Origin: Octopus vulgaris
Taxonomy: Eukaryota
DNA length: 64,000 nt
Direction of reading: 5' to 3'
Assembly (NCBI GenBank): GCA_951406725.2
Contig: OX597826.1
Coordinates: forward strand, 32,364,001-32,428,000
The notes below the pieces were generated by a model. The model was not told the origin of the DNA. It searched no databases and worked only from the letters and a program-made list of their open reading frames with translations. The translations under genes were made by a program, and so were the position numbers. Shown here one piece after another: positions 27,521 through 40,689 of this stretch (its first letter is position 1; every line of letters begins with the position of its first letter).

Positions 27521-28616
27521 AAACCAAATACAAAACTGAAATAAAAAAAAAAGAAATGTAATTGAAATAAAATTGTTGTAGCCAGGAAATGAAACAGGTT
27601 TCCCAGATTACTCTGTGATATTTACTACTAAAATACACGTGACACATAGTATATTAAAGTGTTTTTTCTGATACAAACAGACTGTTTGTTTCATCTCTCC
27701 AGGAAAGTTATATTTAGATCAAAGTGTGTGTGTGTTTGTGCCTGTGTACTCCCCAAAGTTTTCCGTTGCGGTTAGTGTTAAATTACCTCTTGAAATTATG
27801 TTCTATGCTGATGTTTCTATTGACTGCCGTCATGAAACCACTTATTTTTCTTGTTTCCAAACATGTGTTACTCATTTACAAATAGAAAAATGTAACAACG
27901 TGAGAAAAACAAAAAAACTATTGATATTCCAGGAATATGGTTCATGAATGACTGGTTCAAGTCCTGTTAAAGGCAGTGAATTATATTTTGAAAGGAACAA
28001 AAAAACGAAGAGAAACTTTATTTTGTCTAATTTGTTTCATTTTGAAAATAAGGATCATTTCCACCTGTTTTTTTGCCAAATTTCCAAGTTTCCTGCATTG
28101 AGAACATTTTCTTTCCTTTGCATGTATTAATCAACTACGGATTGACTTTTTGAACATTCTGTATACTCTCTTTATGATTCTTTTTATGCATTTGTCTTCT
28201 TCCAATTAAAGAAAATTTGTTGAAAATCTAAGGGAGTTCCTGGAGTGAGAGAATTATCCAGGAGATTGAAAGAATAAAAGGAATGTTACATGGAAGAATA
28301 AATAAGGCCGGATCAAATTGCTGTAAAATGGAATTGGTAGTGAATTGTTGAAGTTAGATAATTAAAGGCAGAAGTCATCGTATGTAGTGGAAAAAGAAAA
28401 ACACAAAATAGAACCATTTTGTATGTCTATGAGCATAGATCTCTTCTGACTGTTTAATGCAGTAGAGGCGCTTATAGAATTGGCATGGAAAAGCAGGAGA
28501 CAAATGTATGCAGACATGTTGCGTGAAAGAGATGTAATTAAGTCTTTGTCATTTATTGCATCAAAATACCAGCATATTATATGTAGGGACTACATATATA
28601 TATATATATATATATA

Positions 28617-28696
28617 GTTAATCCAAACAAGAAAACACAGAAAAAAACATAGCAACGCGAGGACGTGGAACAATTAAAGTATTATTTGACGCTCAG
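28617..28696 (-). mobile_element. Terminal fragment of a (TA)n-adjacent element related to 38230-38430
   Basis: Begins directly after (TA)n. CAACGCGAGGACGTGGAACAATTAAAGTATTATTTGACGCTCAG resembles the pre-hammerhead segments at 38010-38050 and 38270-38320. Confidence 0.5.
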
Positions 28697-28860
28697 CACA
28701 GGAGTGGTTGTGTGGTAAGTAGCTTGCTTACCAACCACATGGTTCTGGGTTCAGTCCCACTGTGAGGCACCTTGGGCAAGTGTCTGCTACTGTAGCCCTG
28801 GGGGCTGACCAAAGCCTTGTGAGTGGATTTGGTAGATGGAAACTGGAAGAAGCCTGTCGG

Positions 28861-28914
<54 letters not shown>

Positions 28915-29217
28915 ATCTAGGGGGAGAATTCACAAAAAACAAAAGACGAAGATAGGTGGTGTAGACAACAAACATATATATATATATATATCTATGTATG
29001 TGTGTGTATTTGTTTGTGCATCTGTGTTTATCCACCCAACATCGTTTGACAACCAATGCTGGAGTGTTTACACCCCCGTAACTTTGTGGTTCAGCAAAAG
29101 AGACTGATAGAATAAGTACTAGGCTTACAAAGGATAAGCTCTGGGGGCGATTTGCTCAACTAAAGGCGATGCTCCAGCATGGCCACAGTCAGATAGCTGA
29201 AACAAGTAAAAGAGTAA
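28697..29217 (+). mobile_element. Family B SINE, full length, with a ~55 bp insert (28919-28972) in its (TA)n
   Basis: Full head-to-tail match to 5293-5696. The insert GGGGAGAATTCACAAAAAACAAAAGACGAAGATAGGTGGTGTA matches 37973-38020. Confidence 0.9.
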
Positions 29218-30049
29218 AATATATATATATATATGTATGTATGTATATATGTATGTATATATATGTATGTATGTATGTATGTGTGTATGCATGTATGTAT
29301 ACATAGGAACTGTCACATCACTTAGTATATGTATTCTCAGACTGAATGAAATAAAGGACTTTAAATAATCACCTGAGAAGGCACATTTTATACCTTGGAA
29401 AAAGGATAATGGTTGCACATCTCATCAATGTACTATGGGTGTAAAAATGAGTAAAAAAAATTGTAGCGATTTAAAATAAAGAATTTCGTTCATTCCATTT
29501 TCTATCATTCATCCATTTAAATAAACTCTACTGACACCATGGAATTCTTGTTATATATCCAGTAGCAGGAGCATTTCTACTGCCTGATGGCCTCAAGTAG
29601 CCACTAGCTGTGGAAGAGCTTTACATAACATACTGCATGAACTATGTATGCCTCAATTATATATGTATGAACTATATGAATGGTGCGATGGGTCAAGCAA
29701 GTGAGAATAAGTTTAGGGAATGAATAGGAGGAGTCTGGAAGACGAGTAGGAATGTAACGAGTGAATTAGGAATTTAACATGTAGCAGTGTCATTTGTGAA
29801 TTGGAATTTTTTGAAGTACCGTACTAGAATCCTATTAAGACAAGTTATTATCTGTTATCGGATAATTTTTTTAATATTTTATTTCCAATCTGCCATGTTG
29901 AATGATCTTCAGGCCAACGTCTCGTTCAGAGGAGTACAATTGACAGACAAAAAGTTTTGGCACTGGCTGATATCAATTTCAAACTATACAGGGTAGGTTA
30001 TCGAATCTGTCAGATTGATAGAATGTCTTACAAGTGATCACATTATATT

Positions 30050-30667
30050 TATCATCATCATCATCATTGTCATCGTCGTCAGCGTCGTTGTCATTGGCAT
30101 CATCATTATAATCATCGTCCCCACTGTCATCCCCATCATTACCATCATCATCATCATCATCACCATCATCACCTTCATCATCATCACCATCATCATCATC
30201 ATCACCATCATCATTATCATCGCTTTCGTTATTGTTGTCGTCATCGTCATTACCACCACCACCACCACCACCACCACAACTGCAACCACCATCGTCATCG
30301 TTATCATCATCATCATCATTGTCATCATCATTATAATCATCATCATCATCATCATCAGTTTTATTGCCTTTGATTGCAAGTCTATTTTATATTGTTCGAT
30401 GTTGTTGTTGTTGTCACCTTCATTGTCTATGAGTGGCAATCACATGCAAATTGACAATCATCATCTTTAACATTACCATAGCAGTTGTCATATCATCATC
30501 ACCATCATCATCACCACCACCAGCACATCATCATCATCATCATTATCATTATCATCATCAAAATCATCAGCCTCACAGTTGTAGTGGTAGTTAATGCAAC
30601 TTCCTGCACAAAGAAATTTTCATAACCGTCACTATCCTTGCTATATTCATCGTCACCATATCTATCA

Positions 30668-30735
<68 letters not shown>

Positions 30736-30750
30736 ATCTATCTATCTATA
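30050..30750. repeat. Degenerate (CAT/CAC)n field followed by (CTAT)n
   Basis: Read directly. Confidence 0.95.
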
Positions 30751-31009
30751 ACGTGTAATTTCAGTTTGAATTCTAGCACAGCATTAATACTCCTTGTGTA
30801 TTTCTATATATCTGAAGACATATATGGGAATGTACAGAGTTTTGTTTGGTTGCAGCCTACAGTTAGGTAGGTAACAGAAGTGGTATACATATGAGTGTGA
30901 GTGTGTTTGTGTGTGTGTGTGTGTGTGAGTGTATGTGTATGTGCGTGTGTGGTATGTGTGTGTATGTGTGTTTTTGGACATGTATGTATGTGTGTTTTTG
31001 TGTACTGTT

Positions 31010-31262
31010 GTACACATCACTTAATTGTAGTAAATGAGTGCCATTGTCATACAAACAATGTTGTTTGTCTCCAGTCTTTAGTGAAAATCACATCTGAGCA
31101 TGGGAGAAAATATTGTCTGACTCGAAAACTGGCACAGGTTGGTGACAGGAAGGGTATCCAGCTGTAGGAAACCTGCCTCAACAAATTCCTGTCTGACTCA
31201 TGCAAGCATGAAAAAGGGGATGCTAAAACAATGGTGATGACAACGATGATGATGGTGATGAA
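31010..31262 (+). mobile_element. RTE-type SINE tail (as in the chimeric family), head absent
   Basis: GGTTGGTGACAGGAAGGGTATCCAGCTGTAGGAA...CATGCAAGCATGAAAAAGGGGATGCTAAAAC(GAT)n. Confidence 0.75.
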
Positions 31263-31999
31263 GATGATGAGATAATGAGGAGGAGGATAGGGAAAATGGT
31301 GTATATGTATATATATATACCTGTATATACAAACACAGTGGTGTGTGTGTAGACACATGCACACACACATACATGCACACATGTGTATATGCATATATAT
31401 GTGCATATATGTATGTTTAAAAGTTTGGATGGTCATTGAAGTTTCTCTCATAAACAATTCCCATTGTTTTTGATATCTTTATTGCAGAGCCTAAGTGGCT
31501 TACACTTCAAAAGCAGCAAGAATACAAGAATGCTCTTGATATTAAAGACAGTTACCAACAGCAGAAGAGGAAATCTCTTTGAAAGGCTACTAAAGTTGTT
31601 TTAAGTAATTGTAACTACTTCATAATGAATACAAAGGTTTCTCATGTACAAAAGGTTAAAATGGCAAAGGAAAGAAATCATAAACAACAACGAGGAATAT
31701 ATCTGTGCTTTCGGCCAAATACAGATGCAGCTCAAAAGTTATAGGAATCTTGTAAATACAGGTTAACTGTGGATTGGTTGAATTGTAGGAATATTGGCAA
31801 AAAAAAAAGCACCTTTTGATGTTTCTTTCAGCATTTTATGTTCTGAGTACAATTGCTACTGAAGTTGACTCTATCTTTCATCCATTTTTTCTTGCGGCAT
31901 TCAATGAAATGAGTAACATTGCAAGTCTGCAAGTGGAGTTCCCACCTCAAAAATTGCTGGCCTTGTGCCCAAATTAGGAAGTTTTATTATTAGAGAGCG

Positions 32000-32320
32000 A
32001 CAGGCATGGCTGTAGAGTTAAGAAGTTTGCTGCCCATTCACATGGCCTTGGGTTCAGCTCCTCTGCTTGGCACCTTGAGTAAGTGTTTTCCTACAATAGT
32101 TCCAGGCCTGCCAATACTTTGTGAGTGAGTTTGATTGACAGAAGGGGAAAGAAGCCTATCATGTATATAGATTATATATATCATATATATCATCATCGAT
32201 TAACGTCTGTTTTTCCATGCTGGCATGGGTTGGACGGTTTGACTGGGGACTGGAAATCCAGGAGGCTGCACCAGGCTCTAATCTTATCTGGCAAGGTTTC
32301 TACAGCTGGATACTCTTCCA
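32000..32320. mobile_element. Family B head (+, 32000-32160) followed by family C 3' end (-, 32190-32320)
   Basis: Matches to family motifs. Confidence 0.75.
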
Positions 32321-32799
32321 CCATGATGGAGTGGAAACGGTTATGTAGGAGTACAGGGATACTGTGAGTACCATTCTCACTGCCCTAATATTTCTTTCCC
32401 ACAATGCAACATACCCAGAGAAAGTAAAGAATTGAGCCCAGGATCTCAGTATTTGATAGTTGTTTTGTTTTATTGACTCCAGAATGAGTAAAAGCAAATT
32501 AAGTAAAAAAAGTAACAGGATTTGAACACAGAATGCAAAGAGCTGAAATAAATACCACAAACTTTCATGACTTGGCCAAACGGTTGCCTTGGATTAAGTC
32601 TACAAATTTTGCTATAGACTTCATCATTTTCTGTTTTTAGTTTACAAACAAAGACAGTTTGCTTCACTGATGTTACTAATACACTTGTGATAAGAACTTT
32701 AACATTACATCACACTATACACACACACACACACATGCATAGAAACACACACATACAGGTACACACACATATATATATTCATTTATCATCTAGAAATCT

Positions 32800-33000
32800 A
32801 ACACATTATCACTGTAATGATCATCAACATTATCATCATCATCTTCATCGTCGTCATCGCCGTCATCCTCATCAGCATCATTACCAACACCGTCATCATT
32901 GTCATAATCACCATCATCACAATTGTCAACATATTTATCATCATACTTATCATTACCAACACCATCCTTGTGATATTCCTCCTCCTTCTCCTCCTCCTCG

Positions 33001-33091
<91 letters not shown>

Positions 33092-33850
33092 TATCGTCCT
33101 TTTTCTCCTCAAAGTCGTCATCAGTTATGGAAATGTTTATTGTATTTTTACTCTTTATTGTCATAAACATCTTATCATTCTCACCATCTTAGAAATATTA
33201 TCTCTTCTAACTGTTACCACCACCGCCACTCCCCCCTCCCCACAACAACAACAACAACGACAACAACAACAATGGCAATATATTCAATTTTGCTATCGCA
33301 ACTTCTCTCAACAAATCTCACCCACCCCACCCTTATTACCAATGGAAAGAAGAAGAGAAAATGAAAGTAAAATAAAGAAAGAAAATGGAGGGGAAAAAAA
33401 GGTGATCAGTAAAATTTCCGATAAACTTCTCGCTTCAAATTACGGACCATTGGTATCTCATTTTGGGTTTGAACTCAGTAAAGTGAAACACTGTTTGATA
33501 AAGTTCTGCTGTCCTCATCGCCATCATCATCATTACCGCCACCATCACCATCAATCGTTATCATCATCATCATCATCATCATCGTCGGTGTTGGCGTCAT
33601 TGTAATCATCATTACCATGAGCATCATCATCACTACCATCATTATCATTGTTATCATCTTCATCGTCACCACCACCATCATCGTTACTTTATTATCGGTG
33701 TCATCATCATCATCATCATCATTGGCCTCATCATCATTATCATCACTGCCAACATCGTCATTATCCTCATCACCATCATTATTGTAATCCTCCTCCTCCA
33801 CATTATCATCATCATCATCGTCATCATCATCATCATCATCCTGCTCCTCC
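32800..33850. repeat. Degenerate (CAT/CGT/CCT)n fields with a unique island at ~33380-33510
   Basis: Read directly. Confidence 0.92.
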
Positions 33851-34494
33851 TCGACGTTGTTAGAAGTGTATACCAGCATATATAGATCTATATATATAAG
33901 TATTTGGAATATCTGTAAACGTTCTAATGAAGTATGTGAGGCAGGGTCAATTATAAAGTCTCGTTAGAGTGTATTATCGGAACGAGCAGAGAGCAGAAAT
34001 ACACAAATACCATTTCCATTGGGAATAAATATATTGGCGCTCTGACAGCAACAGATATGTAGTTGTTAAGCAGATAAAAATGACGATGATGATAATCATG
34101 ACAATGACGCCAAGGCCGAAAATGATGTCGGTGGTGATGGAGAGGAGGAGATGAAGGAGGCATTGAAGCAGGGCTATGATTGTGTCTGTTAGTTATGGGC
34201 AATCAAAATGGTCAAAATACTGTTGATAATGACAACATCAGTTAAGTCAGAACTTATTTCAACTAATAAAGGCTTGGTGGGTGGGGATTAGTGGTAAGAG
34301 TGTTGAGTTTGTAATCATAAACTGTGGGTTCAATTCCTAGAACAGGCAGTGTAGTAGTGTATTGTGTTGCTCCAGTCTACTTAGATGCAATGAGAACAAG
34401 CTAAGTACTGAGACAGATCATTATCCCTTTGGTTCTCCCATCCTTAAATTTCCATTGGATCAAGTTTTGGGGGTTGTGTGATCAATGACATGTA

Positions 34495-34700
34495 TATTCT
34501 TTTACTTGTTTTTGTCATTTGACTGCAGCCATGCCAAAGCACTACCTATAGTCAAACAAACCAACCTCAGGACTTATGCTTTGTAAGCCTAGTACTTATT
34601 CTATCGGTCTCTTTTGCTAAACTGCTAAGTTACAGGGATGTAAACACACTAACATCAGTTGTCAAAGCAATGGCGGGGGAACAAACACAGATACACAAAC
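34495..34700 (-). mobile_element. Family B 3' half
   Basis: GGACTTATGCTTTGTAAGCCTAGTACTTATTCTATCGGTCTCTTTTG. Confidence 0.85.
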
Positions 34701-35229
34701 ATATACATATATATGTATGTGTATATATATACACACATATATATATGTATATATATACATATATATATATATATATGTGTGTGTAAAACTGTATAATCTA
34801 AAAACTAAAAGATTCATAAAAGGCTAAAACACTTTTTTTAAAAAGTATTACATCATAAAAGTAAACAGAATAATATTTAAGAAAACTTATTTTTGAAATT
34901 AAAATACAATGTCATCCTGGACAACACAGCCAGGACTGTTTTTTGAAAAACTGAATGAGTCCCAGGAAACCCAGGATGGCTGAATACCCTACAAAGGCCA
35001 ACACTTTGAAGTAGGTACAGCTACATGATCAAGCCTGACTCACAAAAACAAAGATTGTTTGTTCCACAGCAATATTATCAATGATGTTAATGGCAGTAAT
35101 ATCAATGCGTATTTCTAATTGTGATAACGAGAAGGATAATTTTTGTAATTTTTCATGGTGATTATATGATTGCTAGCGATATTATTATTGAATAATGTTA
35201 GTCATCTTTGCTTAAGTAGGTCTAAAGTG

Positions 35230-36160
35230 GGGTGGTGGTGGTGAAAATCCCCCTTTCAGGTATGCTTATGTCTGATGGGGGTGATGATGCTGATGATAGC
35301 AGTGAGAATAGTAATGATAATGGGGGTGGTGAAGTGGTTATTGTGTTTTTGTCGTTGTTGTTGTTGTTGTTGGTGGTGGTGATGGTAGTGGTTGTCACAA
35401 TGATAAAGAAGATAGTTAAGGCGATGGTGGTGGTGGAGGCAGGTTTTGTAATGAGGACAGTTATGGTGGTTGTGATGATAGCTATGGTGATGGTGGTGGG
35501 GACAATGATGTTATTGATGTTATTGTGGTAATGATGATAATTATGGTGATGGTGGTGGTGTTGGCAGTGCCGGTGGTGATTGGGTGGTGTCAGTGTTTGC
35601 AGTGGTTGTTGTTGTTGCAGTGGTGGTGGTGATTGCAACAGTTATGTCAGTGGTGGTAGAGATGGTGGTGGCAGTAGTTATGATAACGGTAGCTATTGAG
35701 GTGATAGTGGTGATGATGTTGGGGCTATTGTTGTTTGTACTCGTGGTGATAGTGGTGGTGGTGGTGGTGAGGGCAGTGAAAGAAGTGGTGGTGATGATGG
35801 AGGTAATAGTTAAAGATGGTAGTCATAGCAGTTACTGTGCAGACAATCAGTCGTGATGACTGTGACAATGCTACCACCACCACCACCACCACAACCTCTA
35901 CTATTACCATCACTACCTCCACTGCCACCACAACCACTGACTCCACAATGACAACCACCACTATTACCACTGTAAACACTGCTGCCACCACAACCACCAC
36001 CATTGCCACTACTATCACCACTACCTCATCCACCATCACTATAACCACCACCACAACCACTGCCACCACTGCAACCACCATCATCACCACCACCACAAAC
36101 ACCAGCACCATGACGATGACCACCACCATGATCATCACCACCACCACCACCATACCCACC
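35230..36160. repeat. Degenerate (GGT/GAT)n field followed by the complementary (CAC/CAT)n field
   Basis: Strand polarity flips at ~35820-35870. Confidence 0.92.
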
Positions 36161-36624
36161 CTCAGCAACATCCTTATTGTAAAACCACAATCACCACAAC
36201 TTGCAGTAAGCTCTTCTTCGTCCGCTCCCCACCGTCCATCTCCTTCCCTGACACCTCAGCCCTCCTGCAACATAGTGACCACCATTGCTTATTTTTATGT
36301 ATTTTAAGAAAGCATTGCAAAAAGTCTCTTGCTGTTAGAACAAGCGAGAGAGAGAGAGAGAGAGAGAGACAGAGAAAGAGAGAGAGGGGGACAGGGAGAT
36401 AGGAGACAGGGAGACAAGGAGAGGGGGAGAGAGAGAACTGATACTTTTGTCTAGTCATAAATCTAGTTTATTTCGTTAGGTAATAAAACAATGCTATACG
36501 TTATTGATCTGTGTGTTTAGGGAGGAGATGCAAGGGGCTGGTGGTCGTGGGAGGAAGGGAGACGTCAGTGCGAAGATCAATCAGTAACAGGATAAATAAA
36601 GCAAACAAACACAGGAACTGTTGT

Positions 36625-36854
36625 TTATACATACATACATCTACATGCACACGCACACACACATGTATAAACACACATGCATATATAAATATACACGTAT
36701 ACATATATACACACACACACACACATATATATATACATATGTATAGTGTACATATGTGTATATATATGTATGTGTGTACATGAGTATGTATATAAGTGTG
36801 TGTGTGTATATATATATATATATACACACACATATATATACCTATATATATATG

Positions 36855-36886
<32 letters not shown>

Positions 36887-37037
36887 TATATATATAAGTA
36901 TATATATATATATATACATACATACACACACACATATATATGTCTCTATATATTATGCATATATATACATATATATATATGCATGTATATACATATATAC
37001 ATACATGTATATACATACATATATATATACATACATG

Positions 37038-37071
<34 letters not shown>

Positions 37072-37165
37072 TATATATACATGTATATACATACATACAT
37101 ATATATATACATATATATATATATATAAATACATGCACATGCATACATACACACGCATATAGATG
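36625..37165. repeat. (TA)n/(CA)n/(TG)n field
   Basis: Read directly. Confidence 0.95.
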
Positions 37166-37779
37166 TCTAGGTTGGCGTTTCTATTTTAAATGTCCGGCCT
37201 CCTAGTTCATCAAATAAAATAGACACAAAATAAATGCTGATGACAAAAGTACCCATCAAACAGCAACAAATTTTGGTAGACTGGTGGAGGAGGAACACTT
37301 AGTTTTGAGCTTTCTGCAGCAGCGGATAAATTCTTGAAGCTTAACTGATGATCATAAAAAGGGGCATCATAAAATTATATTTGGATAAAATTATTGCCTC
37401 GTAAGAATATTATGTTTAGTTATTTATATATTTGTATAAATGGTCAACCCTATCAAAAAGGAAAAAAAAATGTGCATATATAAATGCCGTTTTGTTTTTG
37501 TATTCTTCTACGTAGGTTTGTGACCATACTGGAGCATTTCTCTTTGAAGGTGTGTTTTATCTTTAAGTTTGGATTGCATTGATCCTGGGACCTATTTTAA
37601 ACCTGGGACCTAGTCTATCGAGTCTCCATATGCTGAACTGTCAAGGTGTAAACAAGAGGTGTAAACAAACCTACACTGGTTGTCAGGAGATGGAGGAAAG
37701 ATAACATGAAGATACATACATGTACACACACAAGCATACATGTATACACACACACACACATACATATGTAGATGTGGAA

Positions 37780-38160
37780 CAGTTAATCCCTGCACAATTT
37801 TTTTGTCTCTATATATTTTTGTTCAATATTTTTCCTGTCTGTCAAAGAGGTTTGAAACATCAATGACTTTTCCATTCTTCCTGAGTGTCAAACTAATACA
37901 CCTGCTTGTCGTTCCTTCCCCTGTCTTTGTCTTTTGTTTTCTGTAAATTTGAACGATATATATATATATATAGGGAGAGTTTACAAAAAAAAACAAAAGA
38001 CGAAGACAGGTGGTGTACAAAACAAACAGATGTATTAGTATAACGCTCAGGAATAGAAAAAGTCTTTTACATTTTGAGCCTATGCTCTTCTACAGAAAGC
38101 GACACAGAAAAAACAAGGAGAGAAAATAAATGTGTGTAGTGGCTAATGATCTATCATGGT

Positions 38161-38163
<3 letters not shown>
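37780..38163. mobile_element. Tail-to-tail pair of short non-coding elements around (TA)n, each with a decayed hammerhead-like motif
   Basis: + copy TTCCTGAGTGTCAAACTAATACACCTG...CCTGTCTTTGTCTTTTGTTTTCTGTAAA versus - copy TTCCTGAGCGTTATACTAATACATCTG...CCTGTCTTCGTCTTTTGTTTTTTTTTGTAAA. The - copy motif is CTGTAGA-A-GAGC-ATAG-GCTC-AAAATGT. Confidence 0.75.
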
Positions 38164-38209
<46 letters not shown>

Positions 38210-38729
38210 TATGTATGTAAGCATATATGCATGTATTGTAAAAACAATGAACAAAATTAAAAAGAAAAAACCCAACAGAGGAAGGACAAGTTTTAATAAA
38301 TATTGGATTGTTTAGTGCTTAAAAAAAAAAGAATTGAAAGTGCCTCAATGATTCGGACACTTGTCTTTCATCAGAAGAAAACAATCAACGAAAAAAGCAA
38401 AGTGCAAAAAAAGAAGAGCTGTTGAGAAGAGAGAAAGGGAGAGAGAGAGAGAGAGAGAGAAAGAAGTGGCAGGAGGAAATATGTATGTATTTATACATAT
38501 GTGACAAACTTTCACACAGTTTCTATTGGCCAAATTCACTGGGGCAGCAATAGTTGACCTGGAGCTAGACTAGAAGTCACTAGCACACAGTGGGATTGAA
38601 TCCAAAACCATGTGGTTGTGAAACAAGACTGATCTGTAAAACACACACACACATATGTGTATGTATGTATATATATATGTATATGAATATATACATATAT
38701 ATGCATGTATGTATAAATATATAAAAGAG

Positions 38730-39027
38730 CATCATTTGAGCATAGTCGGTGCCAGTGTTGCCTGACTGGTTCCCATGCCAGTGGCACATAAAATGCACCA
38801 TTCGAGCATGATTGATGCCAGTGCTGCCTGACTGGCTTCTGTGCTGGTGGCACATAAAAAATCACCCACTACATTCTCAGAGTGGTTGGTATTGGGAAGA
38901 GCATCCAGCTGTAGAAACTTTGCCAGATCAGACTGGAGCCTGGTGCAGCCTCCTGGCTTGCCAGTCCTCAGTGAAACCATCCAACCCATGTCAGCAAGGA
39001 AAGTGGACATTAAACGATGAGGATGAT
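38730..39027 (+). mobile_element. Family C element with two ~65-bp internal tandem units
   Basis: GCCAGTG(T/C)TGCCTGACTGG...GTGGCACATAAAA repeated, then the RTE-type tail. Confidence 0.85.
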
Positions 39028-39108
39028 AATGTGTATGTATATATGTATATATATGTATGTATGTATATGTATGTATATATGTATATATATATGTATATAT
39101 ATGTTTGG

Positions 39109-39180
<72 letters not shown>

Positions 39181-39792
39181 ATATATAAGCATTTATATGT
39201 TTGTATGTAAATATACATGCATATAAAATGTATGTAGGACACTCATATCACTGCATATATTCATGTTTGCCATTAATCAAGGCATTGTTAGTCAAGTTAA
39301 TTAATTAGATTTGAGTTCAGCCCTAGTTCACAGTGTTTAAACAAGAGATACAATGCCATATGACTGACTGGCAGAAAACCAGTTCTGGAAAATAATCATT
39401 GGTTCTTTGATAACCAATTCTTGAAGGCTGCAAGTCAATGTTCTTGGAATTTGCGCTTTATCTGTAGATTTTTAACAAAAAATTAAAAAGGTATTAGTTT
39501 CTGTGATGAGTCAAAATTAAATTGAAATTGGTTCAATGTGGGTCTGGAAAGGTAATTTAGATCTAGGTACAGTTGTCATGGTTCCCATCTGGTTCATTGG
39601 TGTACACAGACACAGAGACACACACACACATTCTAGTAGACACATACATACATGCTAATATCCGAGTCTATATCTCTTCATTTATCTATATTGGTTGGTT
39701 CTTCTGCGTTGAACTTACATTAGGTTTGCTCTGTGTTTATGTGTCCCAGTACATGCATGTGTGTGTGAGTGTGTATTTGTGTGTGTGCGTGT

Positions 39793-39830
<38 letters not shown>

Positions 39831-40021
39831 ATGTGTAGATATATTGATCCTTTTTTCTAAGAATATTCTGTAATTTTTATTTTGTTTGTTATTCTTTGTC
39901 ATCATCATCATCATCAACATCATCATCTTCTTCTTCTTCGCTTTCCTCTTCTTCCCCTCCCCTCCCTCTCCCCCTCCTCAAAGTATTGCCATGAATGATT
40001 GCCAAAATGATTTGTCATCAG

Positions 40022-40223
40022 AGCCACAAAATATGGAGGCCAAGTCAACTATCTGCGTATCAGTGGTATTGATAAGAAAATAAACAACAACAACAACTCT
40101 GGCCAATTTACTGCCAATACTTTGGTGCTTCCATCGGCACTACTTCAAAAAAGCGTGTCTAACAATGTTTTGGTGCACTTGTGCTACATTGCTTTCTTAG
40201 TCCTTGTCACAACATTCAAACAG
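40022..40223 (+). other. Candidate exon in a unique-sequence island
   Basis: Strong donor CAG|GTGAGT at 40223/40224. Open frame ATKYGGQVNYLRISGIDKK...HLCYIAFLVLVTTFKQ. Acceptor is weak and no domain was recognised. Confidence 0.2.
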
Positions 40224-40462
40224 GTGAGTTGCAACATCCGAGATCTGAATATCAGACGAACCATCACAAGCAACAAGATGCCTGGGGCAGACAGAAAACA
40301 GAACAACTAGTTTGGACATTTGCCAAAACCACAGTCCACTATGGTGAGATCCAAGATCACCAAATGCCAACACTCACACGAAATTGTTTGATTAATTTTA
40401 TAGATATATTTTCTTACTAAGGTGGGTTATTTTTTATCTTTTAGCCAGGTAAAATAATTTTC

Positions 40463-40689
40463 GGTGAGATGGCAGAATCGTTAGCACACCGGGTGAAATG
40501 CTTAGCGGTATTTCGCCTGCCACTACGTTCTGTGTTCAAATTCCGCCGAGGTCAACTTTGCCTTTCATCCTTTCGGGGTTGATAAATTAAACACCAGTTA
40601 TGCACTGGGGTCGATATAGTCGACTTAATCCGTTTGTCCATCCTTGTTTGTCCCCTCTGTGTGTAGCCCCTTGTGGGTAGTAAAGAAAT
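40463..40689 (+). mobile_element. SINE family A variant with an alternative 3' end and perfect 16-bp TSD; looks young
   Basis: AGGTAAAATAATTTTC at 40447-40462 and 40690-40705. Many CpGs retained. Tail TTGTTTGTCCCCTCTGTGTGTAGCCCCTTGTGGGTAGTAAAGAAAT differs from other A copies. Confidence 0.92.

Noticed and set aside
32790-33879. Poly-Asp / poly-His ORFs resembling biomineralisation or metal-binding proteins
   Set aside because: They are degenerate (CAT)n fields open in most frames, with no signal peptide, domain or splice context.
34900-34992. Possible hAT-type MITE terminus ending ACCCTA
   Set aside because: No matching opposite TIR or TSD was found.
35816-36307. Thr-rich mucin-like ORF
   Set aside because: It is explained by the (CAC)n low-complexity field, and no flanking exons or domain were found.
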